Assembly: GCA_035390665.1 (NCBI GenBank)
Contig: DAOOUC010000001.1
Location: 90,001 to 122,000 of the forward strand
Reading direction: 5' to 3'
Length of the DNA: 32,000 bases
From: an archaeon
GTDB lineage: Archaea > Iainarchaeota > Iainarchaeia > Iainarchaeales > CSSED10-239
In this document: one piece after another, positions 24,587 through 32,000 of the stretch
Numbering within the stretch: position 1 is the first letter of the stretch
Layout: each line of letters opens with the position of its first letter
The notes under the pieces: generated by a model
The model's input: only the letters and a program-made list of their open reading frames with translations
Database searches by the model: none
Told to the model about the DNA's origin: nothing
Translations under genes and position numbers: made by a program

Positions 24587-25270
24587 TTAGATTTTATTAA
24601 TTTGTTTAATGTATTTAATAAGTATTTTGTTTGCCTTTATTTCATTGTCGTGAGCATTAATTTGTTCAATGATCTTTTCAACTTTTGCTTGAGCATTTTC
24701 GGATTTAAACTGTTGTTTCTTTTTGTTATGGTCTCCTATGTTGTTATCTTTGTAAATTATTGATTTATTAACAGTGTCTGATAGTTTCTTTCTGTAATCA
24801 TAGTCTACTAAAAAAGTATCTAGTAAAGTTTCATAAGCAGGATCCATTAATACCTCGTCTGTTAGTTTAGTGCTAATAACATCTTCCTTATATTCAGGAT
24901 TAATCATTTGTTTGATTTTATGTTGCCAGAATTTCTTCTTAAAAATCATTGTTGCTTTTACTTTCTTGTAGTAATTTTCTGCTTGACTTTTTTCTTTTTC
25001 CCAAAAGTTTTTTAGTTTCTTTAGTTTAGAATTTGTGGCCTCAAGATCATCAATTTTTAATTGTAAATCTGAAATTTTAGGATGAATTATTCTTTTATTT
25101 TCAATAATTATAAATTTTCTTTTAAAAAATAGGTCCAAATAAGGCTTATCATTTGTTTTTTCTAGTCTAAACTCTTGCAAGAATGCTTCGTAGTTGTTTA
25201 TTGTTTTGGATAATGGCATATTTAAACACATTAAGCCCATTGTATTTAGATAAAATTTTAGTAAACACAA
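24587..25270 (-). CDS. Hypothetical coiled-coil, Lys-rich protein
   Basis: A long ORF with no recognisable motif and predicted helical/coiled-coil segments (DLQLKIDDLEATNSKLKKLKNFWEKEK). The true start is probably internal (the ATG at 25240 or 25219), since the first 10-17 codons are Cys/Leu-rich and overlap a TATA-like stretch. Confidence 0.5.
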   Translation of the reverse strand: MCLLKFYLNTMGLMCLNMPLSKTINNYEAFLQEFRLEKTNDKPYLDLFFKRKFIIIENKRIIHPKISDLQLKIDDLEATNSKLKKLKNFWEKEKSQAENYYKKVKATMIFKKKFWQHKIKQMINPEYKEDVISTKLTDEVLMDPAYETLLDTFLVDYDYRKKLSDTVNKSIIYKDNNIGDHNKKKQQFKSENAQAKVEKIIEQINAHDNEIKANKILIKYIKQINKI

Positions 25271-25303
25271 TATAAAAAAGTAAAGCTAAATGTTTTTAAA
25301 GCT

Positions 25304-25525
25304 TTATAATCTTTCAAATTCGTCTTTAGAAATGTTTAAGGTCTTTAAAATCTGATGTATTGTTCCAATTTTTAAAATTTTGTGATTAGGAATAACAAGT
25401 ATTTTATTTTCCTGATTTTTAAAAATAAGGTGGCTCCCTTTTTGTCTAATTAATTTATATCCTTGTTTTTCAATAATTTCACAAACGTACTTTGAAGAAG
25501 TGTTTTGTAATTTAGACATTAACAC
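25304..25525 (-). CDS. hicA: HicA-family toxin (mRNA interferase)
   Basis: About 70 aa. GYKLIRQKGSHLIFKN...ILVIPNH..LKIGTIHQILKTLNIS is the HicA/YcfA dsRBD-like signature with the conserved His. Confidence 0.8.
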   Translation of the reverse strand: MLMSKLQNTSSKYVCEIIEKQGYKLIRQKGSHLIFKNQENKILVIPNHKILKIGTIHQILKTLNISKDEFERL

Positions 25526-25745
25526 TCACTTGCATTTGTTTAATAGAAATCGAAGACACAAGATTTTTTAATTTGGTTTTATTTATTTCTTCAGTGTATA
25601 TCTCTATTGCTTCTTTAATATTTTTTAGAGTATCTTTCTCTGTTTCTCCTTCAGAAATACAACCAGGAAGAGAAGGCACATATGCAGTATATCCCCCTTC
25701 TTCTTGCTTTTCTAAAATTATATCAAATTTCATAGTCTTTTTCAT
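25512..25745 (-). CDS. hicB: HicB-family antitoxin, short form (UPF0150 fold only, no DNA-binding domain)
   Basis: MKFDIILEKQEEGGYTAYVPSLPGCISEGETEKDTLKNIKEAIEIY is the canonical HicB N-domain. It overlaps hicA by 14 nt. The start was set at the ATG at 25745 (or 25733) because a consensus TATA (TTTAAATA on the minus strand, 25772-25765) lies inside the longer ORF-track model (to 25844). Confidence 0.75.
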   Translation of the reverse strand: MKKTMKFDIILEKQEEGGYTAYVPSLPGCISEGETEKDTLKNIKEAIEIYTEEINKTKLKNLVSSISIKQMQVSVNV

Positions 25746-25883
25746 ATATATTACTGATTTAATATATTTAAATATAGCTGGTTTTGTTTTTTGGAATTGT
25801 GAGAATTTTTCAAATAATTTTTTGATAATTACAAAAATTTCCATTTATAATTATTTCTTATCTTAATATATATGTGATAATTT

Positions 25884-26204
25884 ATGTTTGGCGGAATAGA
25901 TCCTAGAAGAATGCAATCAATGATGAAACAAATGGGTATTGAAAATACAGAAATACCTGCAAAAAGAGTAATCATTGAAACTGATTCTAAAAGAATAATT
26001 ATTGAAAACCCAAATGTTACTCAAGTTTCTATGCAAGGACAAAAGACTTTTCAAATAATGGGCGAAGTAAGAGAAGAAACAGGCATTCCAGAAGAAGATA
26101 TTCAAATGGTAATAGATGCAACAAAAAAATCAAAAGAAGAAGCAAGAAAAGCATTAGAAAAAGAAAATGGAGATATAGCAAAAGCAATTGAATCTCTTCA
26201 ATAG
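25884..26204 (+). CDS. nac: Nascent polypeptide-associated complex protein (archaeal NAC, NAC + UBA domains)
   Basis: MFGGIDPRRMQSMMKQMGI...VIIE..SKRIIIENPNVTQVSMQGQKTFQI is the archaeal NAC signature. The C-terminal EEARKALEKENGDIAKAIESL is a UBA-like tail. Confidence 0.92.
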   Translation: MFGGIDPRRMQSMMKQMGIENTEIPAKRVIIETDSKRIIIENPNVTQVSMQGQKTFQIMGEVREETGIPEEDIQMVIDATKKSKEEARKALEKENGDIAKAIESLQ

Positions 26205-26206
26205 TT

Positions 26207-27481
26207 TTATTTGCTTAAACTTAAATACAATAAATTATCTCTTTGATAATATCCTTGTAAATTTAATTCTATTTCTGTTTTATTTAAATCCTCTGGATAA
26301 TCTAAAAGTACATCTGTTGTTGGTTCTTTATAGTTGTATTTCTTTCCAGAAATTATAACTTCAGTTGTATCAACAGAAGCAAGAACAGTAAATTTTAATT
26401 CTTGGTTGTTTAATTTATTTTTTAATTCAGAAGCATTTATATCAGAATAATCAAATTCAATATAAGCAGTAACTTCTGGTTCTTGTAGTATTTCTGTATT
26501 GGTAATTTCTAAAGCAGAAATTAATTTTGTTTTTGTCTCCAAGTATTTTTCAAAAGTGATATTATTATCAAAATTAATTGTAGTTATATTTTCATCAACT
26601 AAATAATCAACAAAGCCCTTTTCTTCTTTTAATATATTTAATTTACTCTCAATTTCGGTTTTGTTTTTATCAGCAGTATTAATTTGTAATTGTTTAGTAA
26701 TCTGGTATTCAAAAGAAGTATTTTCGTAGCTTTCTTTAACTTTATTTTCAATTTCTGTTTTATTTAACTTATCTAAAGAATAATTTATTTGACTATAGAT
26801 TTTATCTTTAAATTCTGTGATTTTAAAGTTTTCATAGCCAATAAGCATTTGGAATTGGTTGCTATTATTTATTTGTTCAATTCCTCTTGATTGTATAAGT
26901 TCTGTTCCTCTAAATGTTGCATATGCTGCAACTGAAAGATTGTCTCCTTTTAATGTTTCCATTCCAAGAATCCCTTCCATATTTTGTACAATAAATTCAT
27001 ATTCTATTTCTTGGTTTTGATCGTTTGTAAATTTTACTTTTTCAGGTATTTCTAATAATCCAAATTGATAAAATTCAGGTGTTTCAAAAATATTTAGATT
27101 TTTTATGCTATCAATTATTTCTTGTTTTTTTTCAGGAACAACACTTAAAGTTATTATAAGATTAATGTTTCCATCTGCATCTGGCCTAAATTCTATTTGT
27201 TTGTTTTTTATTCCAGAGACATCAAGTAGTTTTGTGTTTATTGAGGTTTCTTCAAAATCTAAAGGTCTTCCCGCAGCAATAATTTGAGGGAATAGTTCTC
27301 CAACATTAGCATCAATTGTAGCAGTATAACTTACAAGTTCTAAATTTTGATTAGTATCTATTGGAGTATAGTCCTCTCCAGGCGTGCTTGTATTGTCGCT
27401 AAATGTAATCATAGCAAATAAAGAGCCCACAAAAAGTATTACAATTAATAAAGAAAATATTGTTTTTTTATCCATTTTCAT
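26207..27481 (-). CDS. Hypothetical secreted or membrane-anchored protein with internal repeats
   Basis: 424 aa with an N-terminal signal/anchor (KKTIFSLLIVILFVGSLFAMITF). It is acidic and Asn/Thr-rich, with many N-x-S/T sequons. The motif NKTEIE occurs three times. No family was recognised. Confidence 0.55.
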   Translation of the reverse strand: MKMDKKTIFSLLIVILFVGSLFAMITFSDNTSTPGEDYTPIDTNQNLELVSYTATIDANVGELFPQIIAAGRPLDFEETSINTKLLDVSGIKNKQIEFRPDADGNINLIITLSVVPEKKQEIIDSIKNLNIFETPEFYQFGLLEIPEKVKFTNDQNQEIEYEFIVQNMEGILGMETLKGDNLSVAAYATFRGTELIQSRGIEQINNSNQFQMLIGYENFKITEFKDKIYSQINYSLDKLNKTEIENKVKESYENTSFEYQITKQLQINTADKNKTEIESKLNILKEEKGFVDYLVDENITTINFDNNITFEKYLETKTKLISALEITNTEILQEPEVTAYIEFDYSDINASELKNKLNNQELKFTVLASVDTTEVIISGKKYNYKEPTTDVLLDYPEDLNKTEIELNLQGYYQRDNLLYLSLSK

Positions 27482-27561
27482 AAATCGTTCACATTAAAAT
27501 TTTATTTGATAATAATAATATATTATAGAAACTAAATATATTTAAACTAAATTGATTAAAG

Positions 27562-28488
27562 ATGTCTTTAAAACTAGGGAAAATAAAATTAAAAAATAAA
27601 GGTATTCTTGCACCGATGTTAGAATATACAAATCTTTCTTTTAGACAGCTTTGTGCAAAAAATAATTGTGCTTTGGCTTACACAGAGATGATTCACACTA
27701 GTTACATTTTAAATTCTCCAATAGACGAAATAAAAAATAAAACAAAAGATGAAGACTATCCTGTTTCTTTGCAGTTAGTTGGGGATTTTACAAATACTAA
27801 AGAAACAATTGATGCTTTTACTAAAGTTCAAGACATAGAAGATTACGATATTATTGACTTTAATCTGGGATGTCCATCTCCAAAAATTGCAGCAGGAAAA
27901 GGAGGGGCAATTCTTCTTAAAGATATTTCAAAAGTTTCTAAAACTTTAAAAGAAATAAAAGAAATAAGCAATAAGCCAATAACTGCAAAAATTAGATTAG
28001 GATATGATAAAGATAATTCTAAAGATATTTTAAATAAATTAGAACTTTCTGGAATTGATGCTTTAGCTATTCATGGCCGCTTAGGTGTTTCTGATTATTC
28101 AATACCTTCAGATTATAAAAAAGTAATTTCTTTAGCAAAAGAAACCTCTTTACCAATAATCTATAACGGAGATATTACTTTAGAAACTTCTGATTCTTTT
28201 AAAGGCATTGATGAATTTAGTGGATTAATGGTTGGAAGAGATGCCGTAAGAAACCCAAGTATTTTTTCTAAGATTGCAGGTATCAAACAAAAAACAATCC
28301 AAGAAAATATTTCTTTGTTTTTAAAGATTTCAAAAAAATACAATAACTCAATAATAAATCAAAAACTTGTACTTCTACAAATGCTTGCGGGTTTTAGTGG
28401 AGCAAGACAATTGAGAGCGAAATTAACAACTTTAAAAACACAAGAAGAATTAGATTTGTTTTTAGAAAAACACAAAATAGACAATTAA
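27562..28488 (+). CDS. dus: tRNA-dihydrouridine synthase (Dus family, TIM-barrel flavoenzyme)
   Basis: LAPMLEYTNLSFRQL, DFNLGCPSPKI (catalytic Cys context), KIRLG, AIHGR and GNGDI-like YNGDI are all present. Confidence 0.88.
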   Translation: MSLKLGKIKLKNKGILAPMLEYTNLSFRQLCAKNNCALAYTEMIHTSYILNSPIDEIKNKTKDEDYPVSLQLVGDFTNTKETIDAFTKVQDIEDYDIIDFNLGCPSPKIAAGKGGAILLKDISKVSKTLKEIKEISNKPITAKIRLGYDKDNSKDILNKLELSGIDALAIHGRLGVSDYSIPSDYKKVISLAKETSLPIIYNGDITLETSDSFKGIDEFSGLMVGRDAVRNPSIFSKIAGIKQKTIQENISLFLKISKKYNNSIINQKLVLLQMLAGFSGARQLRAKLTTLKTQEELDLFLEKHKIDN

Positions 28489-29166
28489 AAGTATAAGTAA
28501 AACTATCAAAAAAGATTTCCAATTTCTAAATATAAACAGAAATATATTTTTAAAAAATTCAAATACATATTCTAAAAATTTTTTTGGATCTTTGATTTCA
28601 TCAAGCATTTCAATAAAAAGGTCTTTATTGTCTTTTGTTTTTTGATTAATAATATTAAAATTATTAATTTTACCTAAAACCGCATCAAGAGAAAGTTCAT
28701 GGTTTTCAAAATTACATTTCCAAATCGGGATGTACATTTCTTCAAACCCACTTAAAGTTAAATTGTCTTTATCTACTTCAAATTTACAAGATAGCATTTT
28801 AGCAATTATGTCTTGCGCTTCAGCTTTAGTAAGTAGTGATTTTTTTAATCTTATCTCTACTTTTTCAAGGGCAATATCAATGGTGTCTATATTTTGAGGG
28901 GTTTCATGCTCTAATAGTTTAAGATATTCTTCTTGAGATCTATTTGTTAAAGAATTTAGTGCAACTTGCCCAGTATAATGCTTATACACGTTGTTTTTTT
29001 TAGAATCAACATCATAGAAACAGACCCAAAAAGGGACAATATTAAGGTGGAAGTTATTTTTAGTAATATTCACCTTATGTCCTTTCCTGTTAAATTCTTT
29101 TTGAACTATAGAAACTGCTTCTTCAAGAGTTATCTTAACAGGAAAAGCATTCTTGTTTAATTTCAT
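28462..29166 (-). CDS. Hypothetical tail-anchored membrane protein
   Basis: 234 aa with a soluble N-terminal body and a single TM at the extreme C-terminus (WKSFLIVLLILLIVYFVFF-stop). It lies 13 nt downstream of sepF on the same strand. Its last 27 nt overlap the 3' end of dus on the opposite strand. Confidence 0.5.
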   Translation of the reverse strand: MKLNKNAFPVKITLEEAVSIVQKEFNRKGHKVNITKNNFHLNIVPFWVCFYDVDSKKNNVYKHYTGQVALNSLTNRSQEEYLKLLEHETPQNIDTIDIALEKVEIRLKKSLLTKAEAQDIIAKMLSCKFEVDKDNLTLSGFEEMYIPIWKCNFENHELSLDAVLGKINNFNIINQKTKDNKDLFIEMLDEIKDPKKFLEYVFEFFKNIFLFIFRNWKSFLIVLLILLIVYFVFF

Positions 29167-29179
29167 TTTTTAAATGAAT

Positions 29180-29524
29180 TTATCTTTTTTTAACAATTTT
29201 TACTTTTGATGGTGTTAAAAGAATCTTTGATGGTGAGATCATTGCAAGGTCTCCGCCTGTATCTTTAACAAACATCTTAATTTGTCCTAAAAATTGTTTT
29301 GCTCTTTGAGCATTTCTTTTTGTTAAGTTCTCAACATCTAAAAGAACAAGATTTTTTTGTTTTAATTCTTTTATTGTTTCTTCAACTTCTGCGTTTGTTT
29401 GTAAGCTGATTGGTTTTACCCAAAAGTCTACGTCTTCTGGTTCTTCCTCAACTTCCATATTGTTTAAGTAGTCGTCTACGTCTAGGTCTTCTCTTTTTGA
29501 GAAAACGCCGTCAAAAAATGCCAT
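29180..29524 (-). CDS. sepF: Archaeal SepF-like cell division protein (DUF552)
   Basis: 114 aa. An N-terminal amphipathic MAFFDGVF segment and an acidic linker are followed by the core VKPISLQTNAEVEETIKELKQKNLVLLDVENL...FVKDTGGDLAMISPSKILLTP, which fits the SepF fold pattern. A strong SD GAGGTGGAG lies upstream. Confidence 0.7.
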   Translation of the reverse strand: MAFFDGVFSKREDLDVDDYLNNMEVEEEPEDVDFWVKPISLQTNAEVEETIKELKQKNLVLLDVENLTKRNAQRAKQFLGQIKMFVKDTGGDLAMISPSKILLTPSKVKIVKKR

Positions 29525-29717
29525 GTTTCTCCACCTCTAATTTTTCCCCTTTTTATTTAATTTAAAATACTAGTAATAAATATATTGAACCAAAATATAT
29601 AAAAACGAATTGTTGTATATGCGGTTGTTTTTTTCTAAAAAAATAAAAGCAAATGCTTTTAAATACATATAGTTTAATTAGCACTAATTTATATGGTTTT
29701 TTGGTTATATATTCTAT

Positions 29718-30881
29718 ATGAAATATACTCACATTATTATTCATTATTCAGAGATTGCAATTAAGAAAGACAATAGAAGTACTTTTGAAAATATTCTTAT
29801 TAAAAATCTAAAAGAGTGTCTAGCGATTGATGTTTCTCAAATCTACAAACGATTTGGAAGAGTTATTTGTGTATTATCAGAAACCGCAAATTTAGAAAAT
29901 ATTAAATTCACTCTATCTAAAATACCAGGGGTTCATAGTTTTTCTTTTTGTTTAACAACAGTTCAAGATTTAGAAGAAATTAAAAAAACAGCAAAAGATA
30001 TTGCAGAAAATACAACCTTTGAAAATTTCAGAGTATCTTCTAAAAGATCATTTAAGGGCTTTAAGTATACTTCTCAAGAAATTGATAGGCTTGTTGGCGA
30101 AGAAATCTTTGAAAATCTTAAAAAGAAAGTAAAATTAAAAAATCCAGAACTAGAAATTAATATTGAAGTTACAGAAAAGGAAGTTTTTGTTTATACTAAT
30201 AAAGAAACACATATAGGAATTGGTGGACTTCCAGTTGGTTCAACAGGAACTGTAGTGTGCTCTCTTTCTGGGGGAATTGATAGTCCTGTTTCAGGGTATA
30301 TGCTAAACAAAAGAGGGTGTAAGGTAGTTTATGCACACATTCAAAGTAATAATCTAGTAACAAAAGAAGTTGAAGAAAAAATCTTTAAGCTTTGTTCTAC
30401 TTTAAGAAACTATCAAGGAAGAACAAAACTAATAGTAATTCCTTTTTCTGAGATTCAAAAACAATTGTTAATGGTTGTTCCTGCAGATTATAGAATGATA
30501 ATTTATAGAAGATTTATGTTTAGAATAATTAACAAGTTAGCAGAAAAAGAAGGCGCTCTTGGAATTGTTACAGGAGACTCTGTCGGTCAAGTTGCTTCTC
30601 AGACACTTGAAAACTTAAACTGTATTTATGAGGCTTCAAAGCTTCCAATTTTTTCCCCATTGATTGGTTTAAACAAAGACGAGATTATTGAAATTTCTCA
30701 AAAGATTGGAACCTATGATATTTCAATTATGCCATATCCTGACTGTTGTTCCTTTATGGTTGCAAGGCACCCTAAGACAAGAGGAAAGATTGAAGAAGTA
30801 AAAGACATTGAAAGCAACATCAAGAATATTGATGCATTAGTAGATGATGCAATATCAAAAGCAAAAGAGCACATCTTTTAA
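29718..30881 (+). CDS. thiI: tRNA 4-thiouridine/thiamine sulfurtransferase ThiI (THUMP + PP-loop, no rhodanese domain)
   Basis: HYSEIAIKKDNRSTFE (ThiI N-terminus), PP-loop SGGIDSPV, GDSVGQVASQT and PDCCSFM are present. Length is 387 aa. Confidence 0.9.
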   Translation: MKYTHIIIHYSEIAIKKDNRSTFENILIKNLKECLAIDVSQIYKRFGRVICVLSETANLENIKFTLSKIPGVHSFSFCLTTVQDLEEIKKTAKDIAENTTFENFRVSSKRSFKGFKYTSQEIDRLVGEEIFENLKKKVKLKNPELEINIEVTEKEVFVYTNKETHIGIGGLPVGSTGTVVCSLSGGIDSPVSGYMLNKRGCKVVYAHIQSNNLVTKEVEEKIFKLCSTLRNYQGRTKLIVIPFSEIQKQLLMVVPADYRMIIYRRFMFRIINKLAEKEGALGIVTGDSVGQVASQTLENLNCIYEASKLPIFSPLIGLNKDEIIEISQKIGTYDISIMPYPDCCSFMVARHPKTRGKIEEVKDIESNIKNIDALVDDAISKAKEHIF

Positions 30882-30905
30882 TGCTTTTGTTCATCTATTT
30901 AATTT

Positions 30906-32000
30906 ATGTTTTCAATAAACTTAAATCAAAAGAAAAAGGCCCTTGAACCACTTATTGCAACTATTTTGTTAATAGTTGTTTCTGTAATTTTAGTTACAAT
31001 TGTTTTAACTTGGGGCAAGAACTTTTCAGTAGAAGAATTAAATAAAACAAATAATATTATTTACGTAAAATCAGATATAAGTAACTATATACAATATAAA
31101 ACAAGAAGTAATACAACAAGCGAAAACAACATTTTAGAAATAAAAAATATACATCCAACAGAAACTGCAACAATTGTCGGATATAAGATATTATCTCCAA
31201 ATAGTAAATTTAGATTTTTAGACGATTATCAATTTAGTCTTGATGAAAATGCTACATTATCTCCCGGTCAATCAATTTTTTTAGGATTAGCCTGTACGCC
31301 AGAGCAAACATTTAATGTTGAATTATTAACAAGTGATAGCAAATATATTTTTATAAAATATAATAGTCTTAATTCTAGTCCAGCAAGTTGTATAAAAGAC
31401 ATGGATTTTGGTTGGCATCACGCATGTGTGGTTTTAGCAACGGGCAAAGTAAAATGTTGGGGGCGAAATGATAATGGCCAATTAGGAGATGGCACAATAG
31501 CTCAAAAAAAAATACCAATAGAGGTCTTAGATATAAATTCAGGGGTTGCAATAACCGCCGGAGATTTACACACGTGTGTTGTTTTGAGTTCAGGAGAAAT
31601 AAAATGTTTTGGAGATAATCCTTATGGTCAATTAGGTAATCAAAATACAACAGATAGCAACTTTCCAGTAACTGTTTTGGGAATAAATAATGCAATAAAA
31701 GTTTCAGGTGGTTGTTGGCACACATGCGCATTACTAAATACTGGTGAAATAAACTGTTGGGGGGCAAATACAAATGGCCAATTAGGTAATGGTACAAAGA
31801 CAAATAGTTTAATACCAGTTTCTGTTATTGATTCAAATAATGATATTATTACAAACTTTGTAGATGTAAAAGTAGGCTGTACTAATAGTTGTGCATTACT
31901 AAATAACGGACAAATAATGTGTTGGGGTAATAATCAATATGGGAAGTTAGGAGATGGCACAACAACAGATAAAAATACTGCAACACCCGTTTTAAATGTG
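30906..32000 (+). CDS. Archaeal type IV pilin N-terminal domain protein fused to RCC1-repeat beta-propeller (3'-partial, runs off the window)
   Basis: Hand-translated: ATG at 30906, then 365 codons open to the window edge. The N-terminus MFSINLNQKKKA|LEPLIATILLIVVSVILVTIVLTWG is paralogous to 4611..5543. From about codon 165 there are at least 4 RCC1-type blades (HACVVLATGKVKCWGRNDNGQLGDGT; HTCVVLSSGEIKCFGDNPYGQLGN; HTCALLNTGEINCWGANTNGQLGNGT; SCALLNNGQIMCWGNNQYGKLGDGT). It is absent from the supplied ORF track because it has no stop. Confidence 0.85.
   Translation, partial: MFSINLNQKKKALEPLIATILLIVVSVILVTIVLTWGKNFSVEELNKTNNIIYVKSDISNYIQYKTRSNTTSENNILEIKNIHPTETATIVGYKILSPNSKFRFLDDYQFSLDENATLSPGQSIFLGLACTPEQTFNVELLTSDSKYIFIKYNSLNSSPASCIKDMDFGWHHACVVLATGKVKCWGRNDNGQLGDGTIAQKKIPIEVLDINSGVAITAGDLHTCVVLSSGEIKCFGDNPYGQLGNQNTTDSNFPVTVLGINNAIKVSGGCWHTCALLNTGEINCWGANTNGQLGNGTKTNSLIPVSVIDSNNDIITNFVDVKVGCTNSCALLNNGQIMCWGNNQYGKLGDGTTTDKNTATPVLNV

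Noticed and set aside
25573-26105. ORFs 25573..25866 (+) and 25917..26105 (-), plus the N-terminal 33 codons of the 25512..25844 model
   Set aside because: The first two are antisense to hicB and nac. The 5' extension of hicB covers a consensus TATA box and adds a non-homologous Lys/Phe-rich leader to an otherwise canonical HicB start (MKFDII).
27105-28343. ORFs 27105..27287 (+) and 28161..28343 (-)
   Set aside because: They are antisense to the secreted orphan and to dus, with no support.
28966-29160. 64-aa + strand ORF
   Set aside because: It is antisense to the tail-anchored ORF. It is shorter and has no start context.
29562-29744. 60-aa minus-strand ORF in the sepF-thiI divergent spacer, and a small AAAAGC-aaat-GCTTTT hairpin at about 29646-29661
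   Set aside because: The ORF overlaps the thiI start, is low-complexity and has no SD. The 6-bp A/T-dominated hairpin is within chance expectation for this composition.
31375-31803. 142-aa minus-strand ORF (His/Leu/Tyr-rich)
   Set aside because: It is the reverse complement of the RCC1-repeat coding region. The + strand frame has textbook RCC1 blades and is continuous with the pilin N-terminus.
1-32000. Window-wide look for CRISPR arrays, rRNA/tRNA genes, IS elements, integrases and long direct or inverted repeats
   Set aside because: None were seen by eye. The only repeated nucleotide stretches are the paralogous 5' ends of the two mini-pilin genes and of the two Pilin_N fusion genes. A computational repeat and tRNA scan would be needed to exclude short or degenerate elements.

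Overview
AT-rich (about 30% GC by eye), very gene-dense archaeal chromosome segment: about 95% coding when the listed ORF coordinates are tallied. Many gene junctions are 4-nt ATGA overlaps, and several convergent gene ends overlap. Archaeal origin is supported directly by PolD (DP1 and DP2), ribosomal proteins eS1 and uS15 (S13e type), NAC, Bud32, an archaeal-type SepF and class III (type IV pilin-like) signal peptides. The compaction and short protein lengths suggest a reduced-genome, DPANN-like archaeon; this is inference only. Most of the window is housekeeping: grpE-dnaK-dnaJ, a UPF0147-DP1-DP2 operon, a Nog1-like GTPase, secF-secD, eS1/uS15, Bud32, ValRS, NAC, Dus, SepF and ThiI. Accessory content: (i) a surface-appendage locus at 102-5543. 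It has an A24 prepilin peptidase, two KG|Q mini-pilins, a tightly coupled membrane/OB-fold/JAMM gene string, and a pilin-N-terminal protein carrying a DUF1566 head. (ii) A second pilin-N-terminal protein (30906 to the window end, missing from the ORF track because it runs off the edge) has a paralogous stalk but an RCC1-repeat beta-propeller head. (iii) A minimal archaeosortase-like gene. (iv) A hicB-hicA pair with an adjacent orphan gene. (v) Several orphan secreted or tail-anchored proteins. I saw no rRNA, tRNA, CRISPR array, transposase or integrase. The best candidate for something undescribed is the modular pilin-stalk plus swappable-head adhesin family together with its peptidase locus. 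Nothing here can be confirmed without database searches.
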